Shown piece by piece: positions 1-11,421 of a DNA stretch of 64,000 bases. The stretch lies in assembly GCA_000091205.1 (NCBI GenBank), contig AP006492.2. One strand, 5' to 3'. This stretch comes from Cyanidioschyzon merolae (lineage: Eukaryota). Each line of letters begins with the position of its first letter. The first letter of the stretch is position 1. The notes beneath the pieces are model-generated. The model was not told where the DNA came from. It did not search any database and saw nothing but the letters and a program-made list of their open reading frames with translations. The translations under genes and the position numbers were made by a program.

Positions 1-3000
1 GCGGAAGAGGTCCCGCGCGGTTACCAGGCCTTCTGTGCCGGCAAAAATGCGTTCCGTACAGCGTCGCAGTTGCAAGTCTCGCAGAATACGAACCATGGCG
101 CTCGCAAAGCTAGCCGGTACCTCGTAACAGATACCGAGGATCTCTAGGAGCTCCTCATCTTGCATCTCGGGCAGATGAATGAGAACAAAACGAGAGCGAA
201 ATGCCGGAGAGAGCATTTTGCGTCCACCATAGCGGCTACCACTGGGATTCTGGGTAGCAAACAGAGCAAACTGCGAATGCGCTTGTACCACTTGACCAGT
301 TTCCGGAATGACGAGTTCACGATTTTCGTCCAAGAGTCGGTTGATGGACTCGAGAACGTCACCGGGAGCCAGGTTGAGCTCATCGAGAAGCACCCAGTGT
401 CCGTGACGAGCAGCGCGCACCAAAGGACCCTCGACAAACCGTAGACACCCATCAGGTCCTACCAAATACCGACCCAGGTATTCGCTCACATCCGTGTGCT
501 CGTGTTGATTGAGTCGAATAAGTTCGTGACCGGTACGCTCGGCCAGGTGCTTGACCAAGGCGGTCTTACCGACCGCAGTTGCACCCTCGATGAGCACTGG
601 CGTCTTCTGGAGTCCATCGACCAGTGCCCGGGCGATATCTGACAGCGCTTTCACCATCGTTCGTGTACAGACGAACGTCGGGCTGCAACCTCGGGTACTG
701 GCAGTGCTCAACGTCGCCGAGACACCTTTGGTGAGCAGCTGCTTGCAAGCAGCACCTGACGCAGCGGTAACGGAGTGTTCTCCCGGTACGCGGATCTCTC
801 GTCGAGACTCGCTGGCGGGTACCTGAGCCTCACCATTCGTAGCTTGACTGGAGGCAGGCGAGGCACCTGGCTGTACCAGGGTGAGCCACTGGCCTCCGAC
901 ATCGACCACTGGACGCTTTCGTGGTATCGCCGGTAACAGTTTCGTCACTGGCGTGAGCAGATGACGCTCGGGTGTTGCCAAGTCAGCAGCCAGGAGCTCG
1001 TACGCGAGATGCAGCACACGTTGGCGGCTTGTCTCCGCGAGAAAAGTGCTGAAACCAAGACAAGCGCCTTCGTAGAGAGCCCTGCGAGCATCTAAACCGC
1101 ACTGAGTGAGGTGCAGCGCCAGTCGCAGCATCCGACTGAGCGTTCGCAGCGGAAAACGGGGAGCAGTCCCGTCACCAGCGCTGGACAAACTCGAACGAGC
1201 CAGTCCGCGCACTCGTTGATAAAAAAGCACTACACGCTTCGTCAAAGAATGTTCGGTATCGACCCGAGCTTGACTCGGATGCAGACGCTTCGTAAAGAGG
1301 TGCTCCACCAGGCGATGCAGGTCCTCGTCTGGAAGCTCATCGTTCAACCGAATAGTCGTGAAACGTCTCTGGAGGCTCGCGGGTAACGCTTTCCGGCCAA
1401 TGTTGGTCTCCGGGTTCATACAGGCTACGAGTCGGAAAGCTGGATGTCGGTTGATGCTACTACTAGCCGACAACACAGCGACTTGGTTGCGGTGCCTGGG
1501 CGGCAACGATGCCGTTGGCGAGTGTGCTGTGCTTTCCCATATCGAGTCGAGTACGCCAGTAAGGCGTTCCAGACAAGCCGCCGGAGCTAAGTTCAGTTCG
1601 TCGAGGAGCAACAGGTCGCCACGACGAAGCGCTAGCGCCAACAAGCCTTCTCGAAAAGCGAAGCGCAAAGGCGGCTCTGCCTCCGCTGTTGGTGTCTCGC
1701 GGACGAGCACGTCGCTCTCGTCATCGTCCATTTCGTTGTCCAGGGCGGTAGCAACAGCGTCAGAACAATCGCTTCGGCTCTGCAAGTGCTGTCGTTTGTC
1801 CAGCCAGCGTACTTTGCGAGCACCAGATGTATCAATAGAACCGGAAGCCGGCTCGCTCGTGGACGTCACAAGAGTGCGGTGTCGCTTTCGCAACCGTGAG
1901 CGCTTTTCCAACGCTGTGGACCCGTAGGCATCCTCCATTTGCGAAACGAGTCGCTGTACCTGATCCCAGTGCGCCCGCTGCTGGTGACCTTCGAGGCGGC
2001 CACTGCTCGCCACTCTGGTAAAGAGGCTGCGGGCGAGTCGAACTAGGCGACTCGCGTCACGACGACGGGCCATTAGACGAAGCTGCAGGATCAAGTCCTG
2101 GTTACGATGCGTGGAGAAGGTTGTGCTGAATGCAACCTCCAGCTCATACGCCAAGTCTTGCAGGAGTTTGCGCGTATCGATCGGTTGATAGCCACCAAAC
2201 AGTTCCGTGAGGTCGCTCTGCTGCGACATATTGAGCACGACGAGTCGTCGTCCCAGACTTTTCGCCAGCTCCTGTACCATAAACGTTTTCCCGACACCTG
2301 TTTCGCCAATCAAGAGGACTGGCTCATCGTGATCGAGTGCTCTGTAGAGTTGACCTAGCGCCGTGCAGCTGGTCTCGGTGGGCGCTACGGCCATGCGTTC
2401 CAGCAGTTGCGGCAGAGGTGACTGCTTCCACGCTAGCGACCACCATATGCGTGCCTCATGGGCAGAGAGACTCCACTGGCTAGCCAGTGCTGTGAGCAGA
2501 GCATCCTCCACGTGCTTGTCTTCGGCAGCAGCCGGCGGCAACAGCGGTGCCAGAACATCCAGCGCATGGATGAGCGCAACCTCAGGAGTCAACGGTTCGG
2601 TGAGCGCCTCTTGGGTGCGCGCTAAACGAGTAGCCAAACGAACTGCTTCGTTCAGTCCCGGAAGCGGGAGATTGTCGGCGAGTTTCCGACAGCACGCCGC
2701 GGTGCAGTCTACGCTAGCGAGGACGCGATCGATCCACGGGGTGCAAGTTGGGAATCGTTCCCCGAGCAGTTGGTGACGCTCCGCTCTCGCATACGGTGGC
2801 AAGTCGATAACGAGCCAGCCGATCCACGAGGAAGACGTCTCGTCCGTGGTAGTAAGCGATGCTGATGTTCCAGTGCGAATCGCGAACAGCCGAAAGTCCT
2901 GATGCAATTGCAAGGCGAAATTTCGCCCTGGAAGTTCGAATACTGCACCAGGGCGTATCGAAGCGAGCTGCTGCACAACACTCGTGGCAAGGCGTCGGTT

Positions 3001-4398
3001 GGTAGCGCTCGAGCTGCCGAGGCCCTCGAGGACAAGCCAGTGTCCCTGGGCCAGGGCTTCACCCACAGGACCCAGTCGCCACTGGAAACGACCAGGGCCG
3101 CAGGGCGCAATGACTGCGATTGCATCCAGAAAAGCGTCTTCCTCGAAACCCAGCCGATCCCAGTAGAAGGCGGTGATGGGGCGCTTCAGCTCCTTCGCCA
3201 GAAAGTGCAGCAGAGCACGCTTGCCGGTTGCAGGCTCGCCTTGGAGTAGCACCGGGGCGCCATACACCACAGCAAGGTGTAGCAGATTGAGCGCTCGGTG
3301 ACGACTTGGGACGACGATGTAGCGCTGGTGACGCTGGAGCGCCCGCGAGTCGAGTACCGGATCCGCAGTATCTGTATCTGAGCTCGGGTGGCTCTCGTTG
3401 CGTCCCGTTGACGCCCCGTCTGGCCAGCAGGGTACTGGTCGAGAGCACTGGGCACTCATTCGGGTCCGTGCGTTCAGTAATGCAGACTGGGCACCGCCTC
3501 CATGGCAGGTAATGCCATTCACGGGAGGTATTGCGTGCTGCCCAGCGTTCAAGAGCGTCGCCGCAGCCTCGGGTCTCGAGCTGCCTTCACTCGCTGGGCC
3601 TGGGCACGGTGCACCCACAGGCCAGCGGGCTGCAGTTGTCGCTTGGGGTCCATCATGACGAGACAATCTCGTACCAGCCACTAATTCTCGCCAAGTTGCG
3701 AGCAGCGCATGCCGTGCTGCCTCTATATAATCGATTTCGTGCCAGAACATGGCAAGCACCGCATCATGCTGTCGTCCGTGTACGGGGCAGTGTGTACCAG
3801 CGGGACGGAAGCGAGCTGTGCAGCTGCTGCGAACGCCAAACGTCAAGCTCAGTGCCAAACAAGCCATTGTCGATCGAGCGTCCGGTGCGTTCTCGTGCCA
3901 GTCGGCAAAGCAGGGTCTGAGATCTACGCTTCGCTGAAGAACTGCCTGGCCACCGGCACTGTAGGCTAGCAACGCGACTTGCCGACTCGTGGCTCGCCAG
4001 CCTCTCGGTAAGAGAGCAGTGAGTGTTGCCACACCGCCGGTTACGGCGACGAGCCGCACAGCGGCACCGCTGTGCCCACAACTCGTGAGGTACGCAACAA
4101 GCTGCGGAAGGTCTCGGGGATCAAGTGCCCCCAGCAGGCTGTACACTCGATCAAACAGCGCTTCATCCAGAGCACTCACATTCGGACGGCGTTGGAGCTC
4201 GACGCTCTCCGCGTAGGCAGGCGCTGGGTACGAGTACGCCGCCGTTGCCCCCCGCAGGTCGACACTCGTTGCCGTAGCAGCCGCGGAGGGTGTCTCCGGC
4301 ACCACGTACGACTCCCAGAACGCCTGATCATCGAGTTGCTCCAGTGCGATCAGATCGTTGAGTGTTGCTGGAGACAACAGACCTACACCGCTCTCCAT
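1..4398 (-). CDS. MDN1: Midasin (MDN1/Rea1-type AAA+ ATPase), N-terminal ~1466 codons; the gene continues past the window start (3' part missing)
   Basis: Hand translation of the reverse strand gives one uninterrupted frame from a Met at 4398 down to position 1. A stop lies just upstream at ~4531-4533. Motifs seen: GEPATGKRALLHF (~3222), LLIGETGVGKTFMVQELAKSLGRRLVVLNMSQQSDLTELFGGYQPID (~2340-2170), DELNLAPAACLERL (~1600), PVLIEGATAVGKTALVKHLAERTGHELIRLNQ (600-500), HWVLLDELNLAPGDVLESINRLLDENRELVIPE (~400-300), QFALFATQNPSGSRYGGRKML (~270-200). This is the tandem-AAA arrangement of midasin. It is absent from the ORF track because no stop falls inside the window. Confidence 0.85.
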   Translation of the reverse strand, partial: MESGVGLLSPATLNDLIALEQLDDQAFWESYVVPETPSAAATATSVDLRGATAAYSYPAPAYAESVELQRRPNVSALDEALFDRVYSLLGALDPRDLPQLVAYLTSCGHSGAAVRLVAVTGGVATLTALLPRGWRATSRQVALLAYSAGGQAVLQRSVDLRPCFADWHENAPDARSTMACLALSLTFGVRSSCTARFRPAGTHCPVHGRQHDAVLAMFWHEIDYIEAARHALLATWRELVAGTRLSRHDGPQATTAARWPVGAPCPGPASEGSSRPEAAATLLNAGQHAIPPVNGITCHGGGAQSALLNARTRMSAQCSRPVPCWPDGASTGRNESHPSSDTDTADPVLDSRALQRHQRYIVVPSRHRALNLLHLAVVYGAPVLLQGEPATGKRALLHFLAKELKRPITAFYWDRLGFEEDAFLDAIAVIAPCGPGRFQWRLGPVGEALAQGHWLVLEGLGSSSATNRRLATSVVQQLASIRPGAVFELPGRNFALQLHQDFRLFAIRTGTSASLTTTDETSSSWIGWLVIDLPPYARAERHQLLGERFPTCTPWIDRVLASVDCTAACCRKLADNLPLPGLNEAVRLATRLARTQEALTEPLTPEVALIHALDVLAPLLPPAAAEDKHVEDALLTALASQWSLSAHEARIWWSLAWKQSPLPQLLERMAVAPTETSCTALGQLYRALDHDEPVLLIGETGVGKTFMVQELAKSLGRRLVVLNMSQQSDLTELFGGYQPIDTRKLLQDLAYELEVAFSTTFSTHRNQDLILQLRLMARRRDASRLVRLARSLFTRVASSGRLEGHQQRAHWDQVQRLVSQMEDAYGSTALEKRSRLRKRHRTLVTSTSEPASGSIDTSGARKVRWLDKRQHLQSRSDCSDAVATALDNEMDDDESDVLVRETPTAEAEPPLRFAFREGLLALALRRGDLLLLDELNLAPAACLERLTGVLDSIWESTAHSPTASLPPRHRNQVAVLSASSSINRHPAFRLVACMNPETNIGRKALPASLQRRFTTIRLNDELPDEDLHRLVEHLFTKRLHPSQARVDTEHSLTKRVVLFYQRVRGLARSSLSSAGDGTAPRFPLRTLSRMLRLALHLTQCGLDARRALYEGACLGFSTFLAETSRQRVLHLAYELLAADLATPERHLLTPVTKLLPAIPRKRPVVDVGGQWLTLVQPGASPASSQATNGEAQVPASESRREIRVPGEHSVTAASGAACKQLLTKGVSATLSTASTRGCSPTFVCTRTMVKALSDIARALVDGLQKTPVLIEGATAVGKTALVKHLAERTGHELIRLNQHEHTDVSEYLGRYLVGPDGCLRFVEGPLVRAARHGHWVLLDELNLAPGDVLESINRLLDENRELVIPETGQVVQAHSQFALFATQNPSGSRYGGRKMLSPAFRSRFVLIHLPEMQDEELLEILGICYEVPASFASAMVRILRDLQLRRCTERIFAGTEGLVTARDLFR

Positions 4399-4826
4399 GG
4401 ATACCTGGAGCTCTCGAGTCACCTCAGAGAGAGCGCGCTCAAGTCGGAGGCAGCTACCCAGTGCGTACGAAGGGTTGCGTCGGCGTCCGCGTTGCGCCAC
4501 CGCAGCGTCGTGACGACGACGGCGGCCTAAGGACTACCTCGACCCGCATGCCCAGAGCGAAGAGGTTTACCTGTTGAGTGTTTCCGGGGCTGGAGCAAAC
4601 ACCACAGGTCGATCAACTTTTGGCTTGGTCGCTGTTTAGCTTCGTGCTTGCGTGATTATAAAGGCTTCATCTTTGGCTTTGGCTTTGGCTTTGGCTACGA
4701 ACTTATGCGCGCCGCTGGACAGGTTCATAGGAAACAGGTGCTTAGAAACTGAAAGTTTCCTCGTTGACTGTTTCATTAGCTTAGCATCGTAGAGCGCTTA
4801 ACTTTCATCACCACATCAGGGTATCA

Positions 4827-6446
4827 TTGAAACCCGAGGCGAAACGTTTACAAGCGGTCAGCGTTTTTATACCGTTCCGTACTGCTTTCTTGATGCAACT
4901 GGTCTCCGGGCAGGAACGGTGCTGTTCGATTCGCGCCTGGGGCACAGCGTGCATATCAAGCCAGCCCCGCTTCGGCAGTGGGTTGCAGCGGCTTGCATTC
5001 CTGACACAAGTCGCTGTGCAGCGATTCTCTGGGGAACGGCGAACGTTCAGCAGGCACTCTTGGAGACGAAAAAGCCGCAGTGCCTTGGCGAGCAATGTCC
5101 GCTGCTCCCTGAAAGTTCTCGTTATTGGTAGTGGCGGTCGTGAACATGCACTCTGCGATAAAATAGCAGAGTCACCGCACTTGAAGTCGCTGTATGCAGC
5201 ACCTGGCAACCCGGGTATGGAGCGCGTTGCTCACTGCGTGTCCGACTTGGACGCTGCAGATATTTCCGCAATTTGCGGCTTCGTACAGGAGAAATCGATT
5301 GATTTAGTCGTGATCGGGCCCGAAGCACCGCTTGTTTCGGGCCTGGTGGACGCTTTGGGTGCCCTCAAGGTTCGCGCATTCGGACCGAGCCAGGCGGCTG
5401 CTCGTCTCGAGGGCAGTAAAGCGTTCTCTAAAGCTTTCATGAAGCGTCACGGCATTCCGACGGCTGATTATGATCGCTGTGGATCTTTGGAAGAGGCCAC
5501 GACAGTGCTAGGCCGCCGCGAACGCTTTCCAGTGGTCATCAAGGCCGACGGCCTCGCCGCAGGCAAGGGTGTGTTTATCGCATCGAACAGAGGAGAGGCG
5601 GAGGACGCCCTCCGTGTGCTCTTTGTCGAGCAGAGACTGGGTGAGGCAGGCCGCACGGTGGTAATAGAAGATTACCTGATCGGGGAAGAGGCGAGTTTCT
5701 TTGCGCTGGTGAACGGAGAGCAAGTCGTGCCGCTTTTGCCTGCACAAGACCACAAAGCAGCCTACGATGGCGACCGAGGTCCGAACACCGGAGGTATGGG
5801 GGCCTATGCCCCAGCACCCGTCGTGACGCCGCAACTCGCGGAGCGTATTCTCGCGCAGGTCGTGCGACCCACGGCCGCTGGAATGGTGGCTGAAGGCACC
5901 CCCTACCGCGGGCTGCTCTACTGCGGTCTCATGATTGAGTCAGGGGATGCGTTTAGGGTCCTCGAATACAACGTTCGCTTCGGTGATCCGGAATGCCAGG
6001 TGCTCTGCATGCTATTGGAGTCGGATCTGTTGCCTGTCCTGTTCGAAACGGCGTCGTTTACGAGCAGCGAGTTGCCTGCTCAGTCCCTGCAATGGGCTGC
6101 AGACGCTGCCGCGCTCACTGTGGTCCTTGCATCGCCCGGGTACCCGGGCCCGTATCGAAGCGGTGACGTCATCCGCGGTCTCGAAGAGGCCGAAACGCTG
6201 CCCGGGGTCAAGATCTTTCATGCGGGTACTAGCCGCGATGCTCGCGGTCAGCTCGTGGCGAAAGGGGGTCGTGTCCTCAATGTCACAGCCCATGCTGCGA
6301 CCTTGCGTGAAGCACAGCAGCGAGCCTACGAGGCGATTGCGAGAATCGATTGGCCGGATGCATTTTATCGCCGGGATATTGGCTGGCGAGCGCTGGAACG
6401 AGAGCAAAGACAAAAACCTCCTCCAAACGTGTCGAGCGCTCGGTGA
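4827..6446 (+). CDS. purD: Phosphoribosylamine--glycine ligase (GAR synthetase), monofunctional, with a ~95-aa Ser/Arg/Ala-rich N-terminal extension (putative organelle transit peptide)
   Basis: The 539-aa ORF has a catalytic core starting at KVLVIGSGGREHALCDKIAESPHLKSLYAAPGNPGM. The ATP-grasp region (VVIKADGLAAGKGVFIA) and C-terminal domain are colinear with bacterial and plant PurD. No fused PurM or PurN domain is present. Confidence 0.9.
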   Translation: MKPEAKRLQAVSVFIPFRTAFLMQLVSGQERCCSIRAWGTACISSQPRFGSGLQRLAFLTQVAVQRFSGERRTFSRHSWRRKSRSALASNVRCSLKVLVIGSGGREHALCDKIAESPHLKSLYAAPGNPGMERVAHCVSDLDAADISAICGFVQEKSIDLVVIGPEAPLVSGLVDALGALKVRAFGPSQAAARLEGSKAFSKAFMKRHGIPTADYDRCGSLEEATTVLGRRERFPVVIKADGLAAGKGVFIASNRGEAEDALRVLFVEQRLGEAGRTVVIEDYLIGEEASFFALVNGEQVVPLLPAQDHKAAYDGDRGPNTGGMGAYAPAPVVTPQLAERILAQVVRPTAAGMVAEGTPYRGLLYCGLMIESGDAFRVLEYNVRFGDPECQVLCMLLESDLLPVLFETASFTSSELPAQSLQWAADAAALTVVLASPGYPGPYRSGDVIRGLEEAETLPGVKIFHAGTSRDARGQLVAKGGRVLNVTAHAATLREAQQRAYEAIARIDWPDAFYRRDIGWRALEREQRQKPPPNVSSAR

Positions 6447-8902
6447 ATGAGCGCTACAGGCTATCGAAGGATGCGTATTTGCATTCGGGTAGCCAGATGC
6501 GTAAACAAGAATCCTTCAGTGCGAACGCGTTTCCTAGTGGCAGACGCTTGCCGCGAGGCGAACGATTGGTACCTCCTGATTATGTTGCCGGTCACAGGTT
6601 GCAAGTTCGCTGACATCGCTTTCAAGAAGAACGCCAAGCAACCGGTGCTGTAGACGAGTGCGATGTCGAAAAGAGCAGGTCGCGCGCGATCTTATGGTCG
6701 TCTCGTGCCAGGGCTGGGTCCTGCCGATGGTGACCCGCACGTTATGCTCCAGACCATTCTATCGGAACGGTATCGACGAGCGATGACGATACGCAGCGCT
6801 CGCCATGTCGAAGTTGTGCATCAGCTTTCGATTTTCGGTACGCATTTGGGTCCGTACCACGGCATCCATATGTTGAAACGGTCGTACACGGGCGCATGTA
6901 TGCGTCCAAATCGCGGTTGAAGCGCAGATACCGGTCTGGAAAACGGCGATGGTGCTGGATCCAGGAGAATGAATCAGCATACGAAATGGTGACGTACACG
7001 ATGACCTAGTCGAAAGTGTCTGGATCGGAACGGAAGCACGGAGCGGTCCACCTAAACTGCTGCCAACATGACTGTGATGGTACGTTATCGAGCGCTTCGT
7101 GCAGGAGCTTACTCCATCGTGATCGACCCGTCGCCGGGTTGTGCTGCGTTTCAGTGTCCCCGATACTATGCAGCTAGCCCGTTCAGAGCCTGGGTGTCGA
7201 GGCTTCGTTTCTCGGACGACGCTATAGATAGCCAAGCAGCGACCGTTTCTAGCCGCGTAAGGCGATAGTCGTGTCACTTGGTCGCTGCGAATATGAAAGT
7301 GGAACAAAGCATTGTCCGCTCTGCTCCTGCCTTGCGCTTTTTCCGACCTAGTTTTTCGATGTGCTTCCTTGACACTCGAAGTGCCGCAGTTCGCGCTTAC
7401 GGATCCATACCTGGTGCTAGGCGTTTCGGTCGTCGCCTCGGAGTGGATCAGTGGACTCGTTGTACCCGGATATCGTTACGTCAGCGGAATCCAAATGATT
7501 CGCAAAGTCATCGAACAACAGATCGTAAAATAATCGATACGATCGTCCGATTGAAACATAAAAGCCGCCACTGGTCTTTTTTCCTATGTAAAACATGCGC
7601 AACTCACGCATTTCTCGAATGTTGGATGTTTGGGGACCGTAAGAACTCGTGGACACTGCAATCCGCGGTGCTGGATTGACGACATCAACAACTGCACATC
7701 GTTTCTTGATGACGTGTTCACTGGTGCGTGCCGAATCCGCCTGAACGCTCATGGAAAACTATCGATTCCATTCGGATGACAAATCCCTCGTTTTTTGCGG
7801 CCAGGACGGAACGGTAGTCGACGGAAGCACGATACCTGTCAACGGATTTGCTGCTGGAGGCTCCTGCGACTTTTGCTCGCATGGGAAATGGCCTTGCACG
7901 CGGACTCCAGTCATGGGGCCACTCGCATTCCGTGAAGCGTGCAGCACTGCTCTGCTCGAAGGAAGCGTCGACGGATCACAGATTTCTGGAACACAGCTCC
8001 AGCTTGAATTCTCGCCTGCGGTACTTGTTCTATCGTGAAAAACACCGCGCTTCACCAGTTCTGTGTCGAATCGAACAGCGAATGTTTCCGCGTGCACCGA
8101 GCAGCTTGCCAGCCGAGAGGAGAGCGGGGACGGAGCCCCTGGCTCTGAAAAGGTACGGCATCGGACGCGGAAGCAGACGCGTTCTTTGAGGTGCGGCTTC
8201 GGTGCCGTTCAAAAGCATGTACTGAGCGATGAAGCGAGCGTTCATGTGCCCAAAGCGCGACCCACCGGAGAACAATGCGGTGCAGTGGACCCACGGGAAC
8301 ATCTGACGATAGGCAAGCCTCAGGGTTGCGAAGGGCGCACCGAACCTGCCCAGGAAAGCGGCTGCAAATGGCGAACAAAGCGTAGATCGCAACACCCGCC
8401 AGCGCCTGACATGCGTAGACGATAGCCAGAAGCGAAGACACTGGGACTCGAACGCTATCATCAATATTCTTCGACGGCTGACCATAGGAAAAAAGTAGGG
8501 AAGAGAGAGACCGTCATCTTTCAAGACGGGGATAGGAGAGAGGAAACGGAAGCAGTGGCATAGAAAGCCCGTAAATGGTGGTATTGGTGATCGTGGGAGG
8601 AAATCTATACTTTAGCGAGTACGTTCGTGTCAGGTTCTTGGCTCCTTCGTATTCTGGCATGGCATATGTGTGTGTTGTGGATATGTGTATCGCGCACCGA
8701 AAACTAAACCGGGGGGTACGCCAAGGCCTGTGAGCGCGCGCGAGTCTCGTGTACACGCGCACCGCCTGGCGAGCCTACCTGGCACTGACGGCGTTTTGGG
8801 GCGAACACGAGCGCTCCGGGACTTGCGACGCGCTCTGGGAACGGCAGAGGTACCGACTTGACAAGGTCACGGTTGCAGGAACGGTGCATGCTCTAGACGA
8901 AA

Positions 8903-9529
8903 ATGCTGAGCCTCAAACTGTCGTTGGTCGCCGTGGCGCCGCTCTGCTGCGCTCGGTTTCGGAGTCTGGTACCTGCTCGGAAACTGGAAACCTCTTTGGA
9001 GCAACCCGTGCGTAAACGAACCAGGAGTGGAGGATCGGTACGGGATGTGCCTGAGCCGGCCTTGCCCACGAACGAAGCGGTTCCAGCGGCTATTCGAGAA
9101 CTGATTCGCGCAAGCGCTGCCTGCTCGTTTTGGGAAGAAACCCACATCGATGCGCTGCACGACAAGGGTCTCGTTATTAACGGACTTGTTTTCAACAGCC
9201 GTGCGCTGCTGCTGCTGCCACACTATGTGCTTTCGGTACCTGCTGTGAACCGTGTGAGTGACGTGAGCCGGGACGCACTTTGTTTTCTCGAACTGCTCAG
9301 ACCGATGCCTGGAACGCTCATTCTGGGCTGCGATGAGGCGAACGCACCCGCCGCCCGAAACCTACTTCCAGCTGATTCAATGGAATATTTGGAGAAGCAT
9401 CTTGGCGTATCCTTCGAGAGTACGACAGTCGCTCGAGCTTGTGCAACATTTAATTTTTTGAACGAGGAGCGGCGCACTCCGGCTGCCCTGGTGATCTTGG
9501 GAAGCAAACCCAGCGCTTCTGTGAAATAA
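8903..9529 (+). CDS. Mth938-domain protein (NDUFAF3/AAMDC family), with ~65-aa N-terminal presequence
   Basis: A 208-aa ORF. The segment IDALHDKGLVINGLVFNSRALLLLP...TLILGCDEANAP...YLEKHLGVSFESTTVARACATFNFLNEERRTPAALVILG matches the remembered Mth938/DUF498 pattern (I.GYG..ING..lLlP / llilGtG / T..AcrTyN.L..EgR.VaAal). Confidence 0.5.
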   Translation: MLSLKLSLVAVAPLCCARFRSLVPARKLETSLEQPVRKRTRSGGSVRDVPEPALPTNEAVPAAIRELIRASAACSFWEETHIDALHDKGLVINGLVFNSRALLLLPHYVLSVPAVNRVSDVSRDALCFLELLRPMPGTLILGCDEANAPAARNLLPADSMEYLEKHLGVSFESTTVARACATFNFLNEERRTPAALVILGSKPSASVK

Positions 9530-11421
9530 ATGTTACTGATGAGACGACTTGGCTGTTCAATGCGAAGCGAAGGTATGAGAGTATCTAGCGAGTCGCGAGC
9601 ATATCGCGAGTTAGAATGGAACGACTTGCTGGCGAGAACATCGCTGACAGCTTGCCCGAACCTGCTAGGGCCAGCAGCATTTATTCCATGTCAGCGGGAA
9701 ATCGATTCACGAAGTCGTAGTTAAGAAGGAAACGCTACTGTGGTTCACGAGTATTCCCGAAAAATTTCTCCCGGTGTATGTCTACGGCGCTCCGGTCTTG
9801 GCAAAATGCTGAACTGAACCGTCCCTGTGCCATGGCCGAAGCGAGAACCCAATGACCTCTCTCCTGATCACTGCTTCTTTTCATCGAAAGTCTTCAGTGT
9901 TTCTTCGAACTGCTCACACCTAGTACTGAAATATTTCCGCAAAATCTCGCCAGATGCAAAGCCGCTGGACATTGCAGAAGCACCAGACATTGCCGGATAT
10001 TGATCAGGGCGTTCAAGTCTCGGTGTAGAAAAGTGCTTTCGTGCTGCGTCGCTGGTGAAATCCCATCTCAGCAATCCGTTCACATGTGATTGCCTCGCCG
10101 TCTGTCCTTCTGTTAGCGTACCGTACAGCATGCAGAGCATCTGGCTCTGTTTCACGCTCTTGTTCTCTAACTGATTCAGCATACAAGCGTGCTTGTGATG
10201 AATGTACGTCGTCTCGTAGTCATAGACGGAGATCGTACAATATCGATTCCTGTGGTCTTTGAACGCTTCGGCAGCGGGCGCGAGCGTGCAGTATTCACGC
10301 TCTACAGCACGTGCAGCAATCTAGGTTTCCTTAAACCGACGCGGTATGTTGGCAAGTTTTGCGTCCAACGAAGTGAATATGTTGGGAAATGTGCACCTGA
10401 TGTACCCGTACACGCGGAAGCGCTGGCGAGCCCAGCCCGATCGCATGCACCCCCACCCGTGCCCGAAACCGTCCATATGAGCCATTTGGACGCTCATGTA
10501 AGCTATGAATGAAGCGCCCAGAGCGTTTCCCCTGTTCGATACAGGGTAGGGAACGTCGCGATGGGTCCTGGCACCATCATTCGACCGGTGGTTGTACCTC
10601 GTGGCCTCCATCACGTCCAATTCCCAATGAAACCGAATCCAGGAAAATCAGATTGTATGGTACGTTCAGAACCGAGCAGCAGTTGTTGCACAAAGGAGTT
10701 ATCGAAAAATACCACAGCGTTGTGTGCAACAGGCATGCCCTGCGTCATGAACGCCCACGAGCAGGTGCTCGGGGAATTGCCCCAAGGCATGGGAAGGTAA
10801 TCAAGGCGTAGTCGACCATAGACGTGTGATCAATGGAACGAAACCCTCAAGCTACTGAATTGTAAATGTTTACTCATCCACAGACGTCTCCCAGTCTTTT
10901 TTGACCAGCTTCCTGCCATCGGTTGTAGTTTATCCTTGCACTTTTCGACATTGAGACGCTACCTCACGAAGTGAGACCGCCTCGGCTCCTGAAATCTCGT
11001 CCTCTCTACCAAACATCTCCTGATAATCATAGCAGCGTTGAAATCTTCGTTCACGAACTCGATGCGTACATGGACGCTGTTTGAACGCGCCAATACAAGG
11101 ATTCCTGGAACGATTGCCCTCTATGGCACTATGGTCTCGTTATCGTCCTGTGGGGCAAACATTTTTCTCGTCAGCATCCTCATTTCTTCCTTTTCTCCTT
11201 CATCATCAGCTAGTCTCCGCTCGATGGTCGGGCAAGATGAGGATTTTTCCGTCTTTTCTGGCAGCTCAGGGCAATGAGGGCACTCCAGAATCCCCGAATT
11301 TTATATGCACACCAATCCCTTAGATGCTGCATTTCTTAAAATGAACGTATATGGAACGCTTCTGGAATGAGCCGCGAAAAGCATTTGATGACACGCAGCA
11401 AGAAGGCGGAACACAATCAAG

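Noticed and set aside
1-3300. AAA+ P-loop motifs (GETGVGKT, GATAVGKT) that could suggest a bacterial sigma-54 enhancer-binding protein or McrB-like ATPase
   Set aside because: The modules are tandem within one >1466-codon frame and carry DELNLA and LFATQNP motifs diagnostic of eukaryotic midasin. The surrounding genes are eukaryotic.
9868-10182. 104-aa minus-strand ORF (MLNQLENKSVKQ...) in the gap downstream of the Mth938-domain gene
   Set aside because: Too short and featureless to support as a gene. It is mentioned only as a candidate if transcript data exist.
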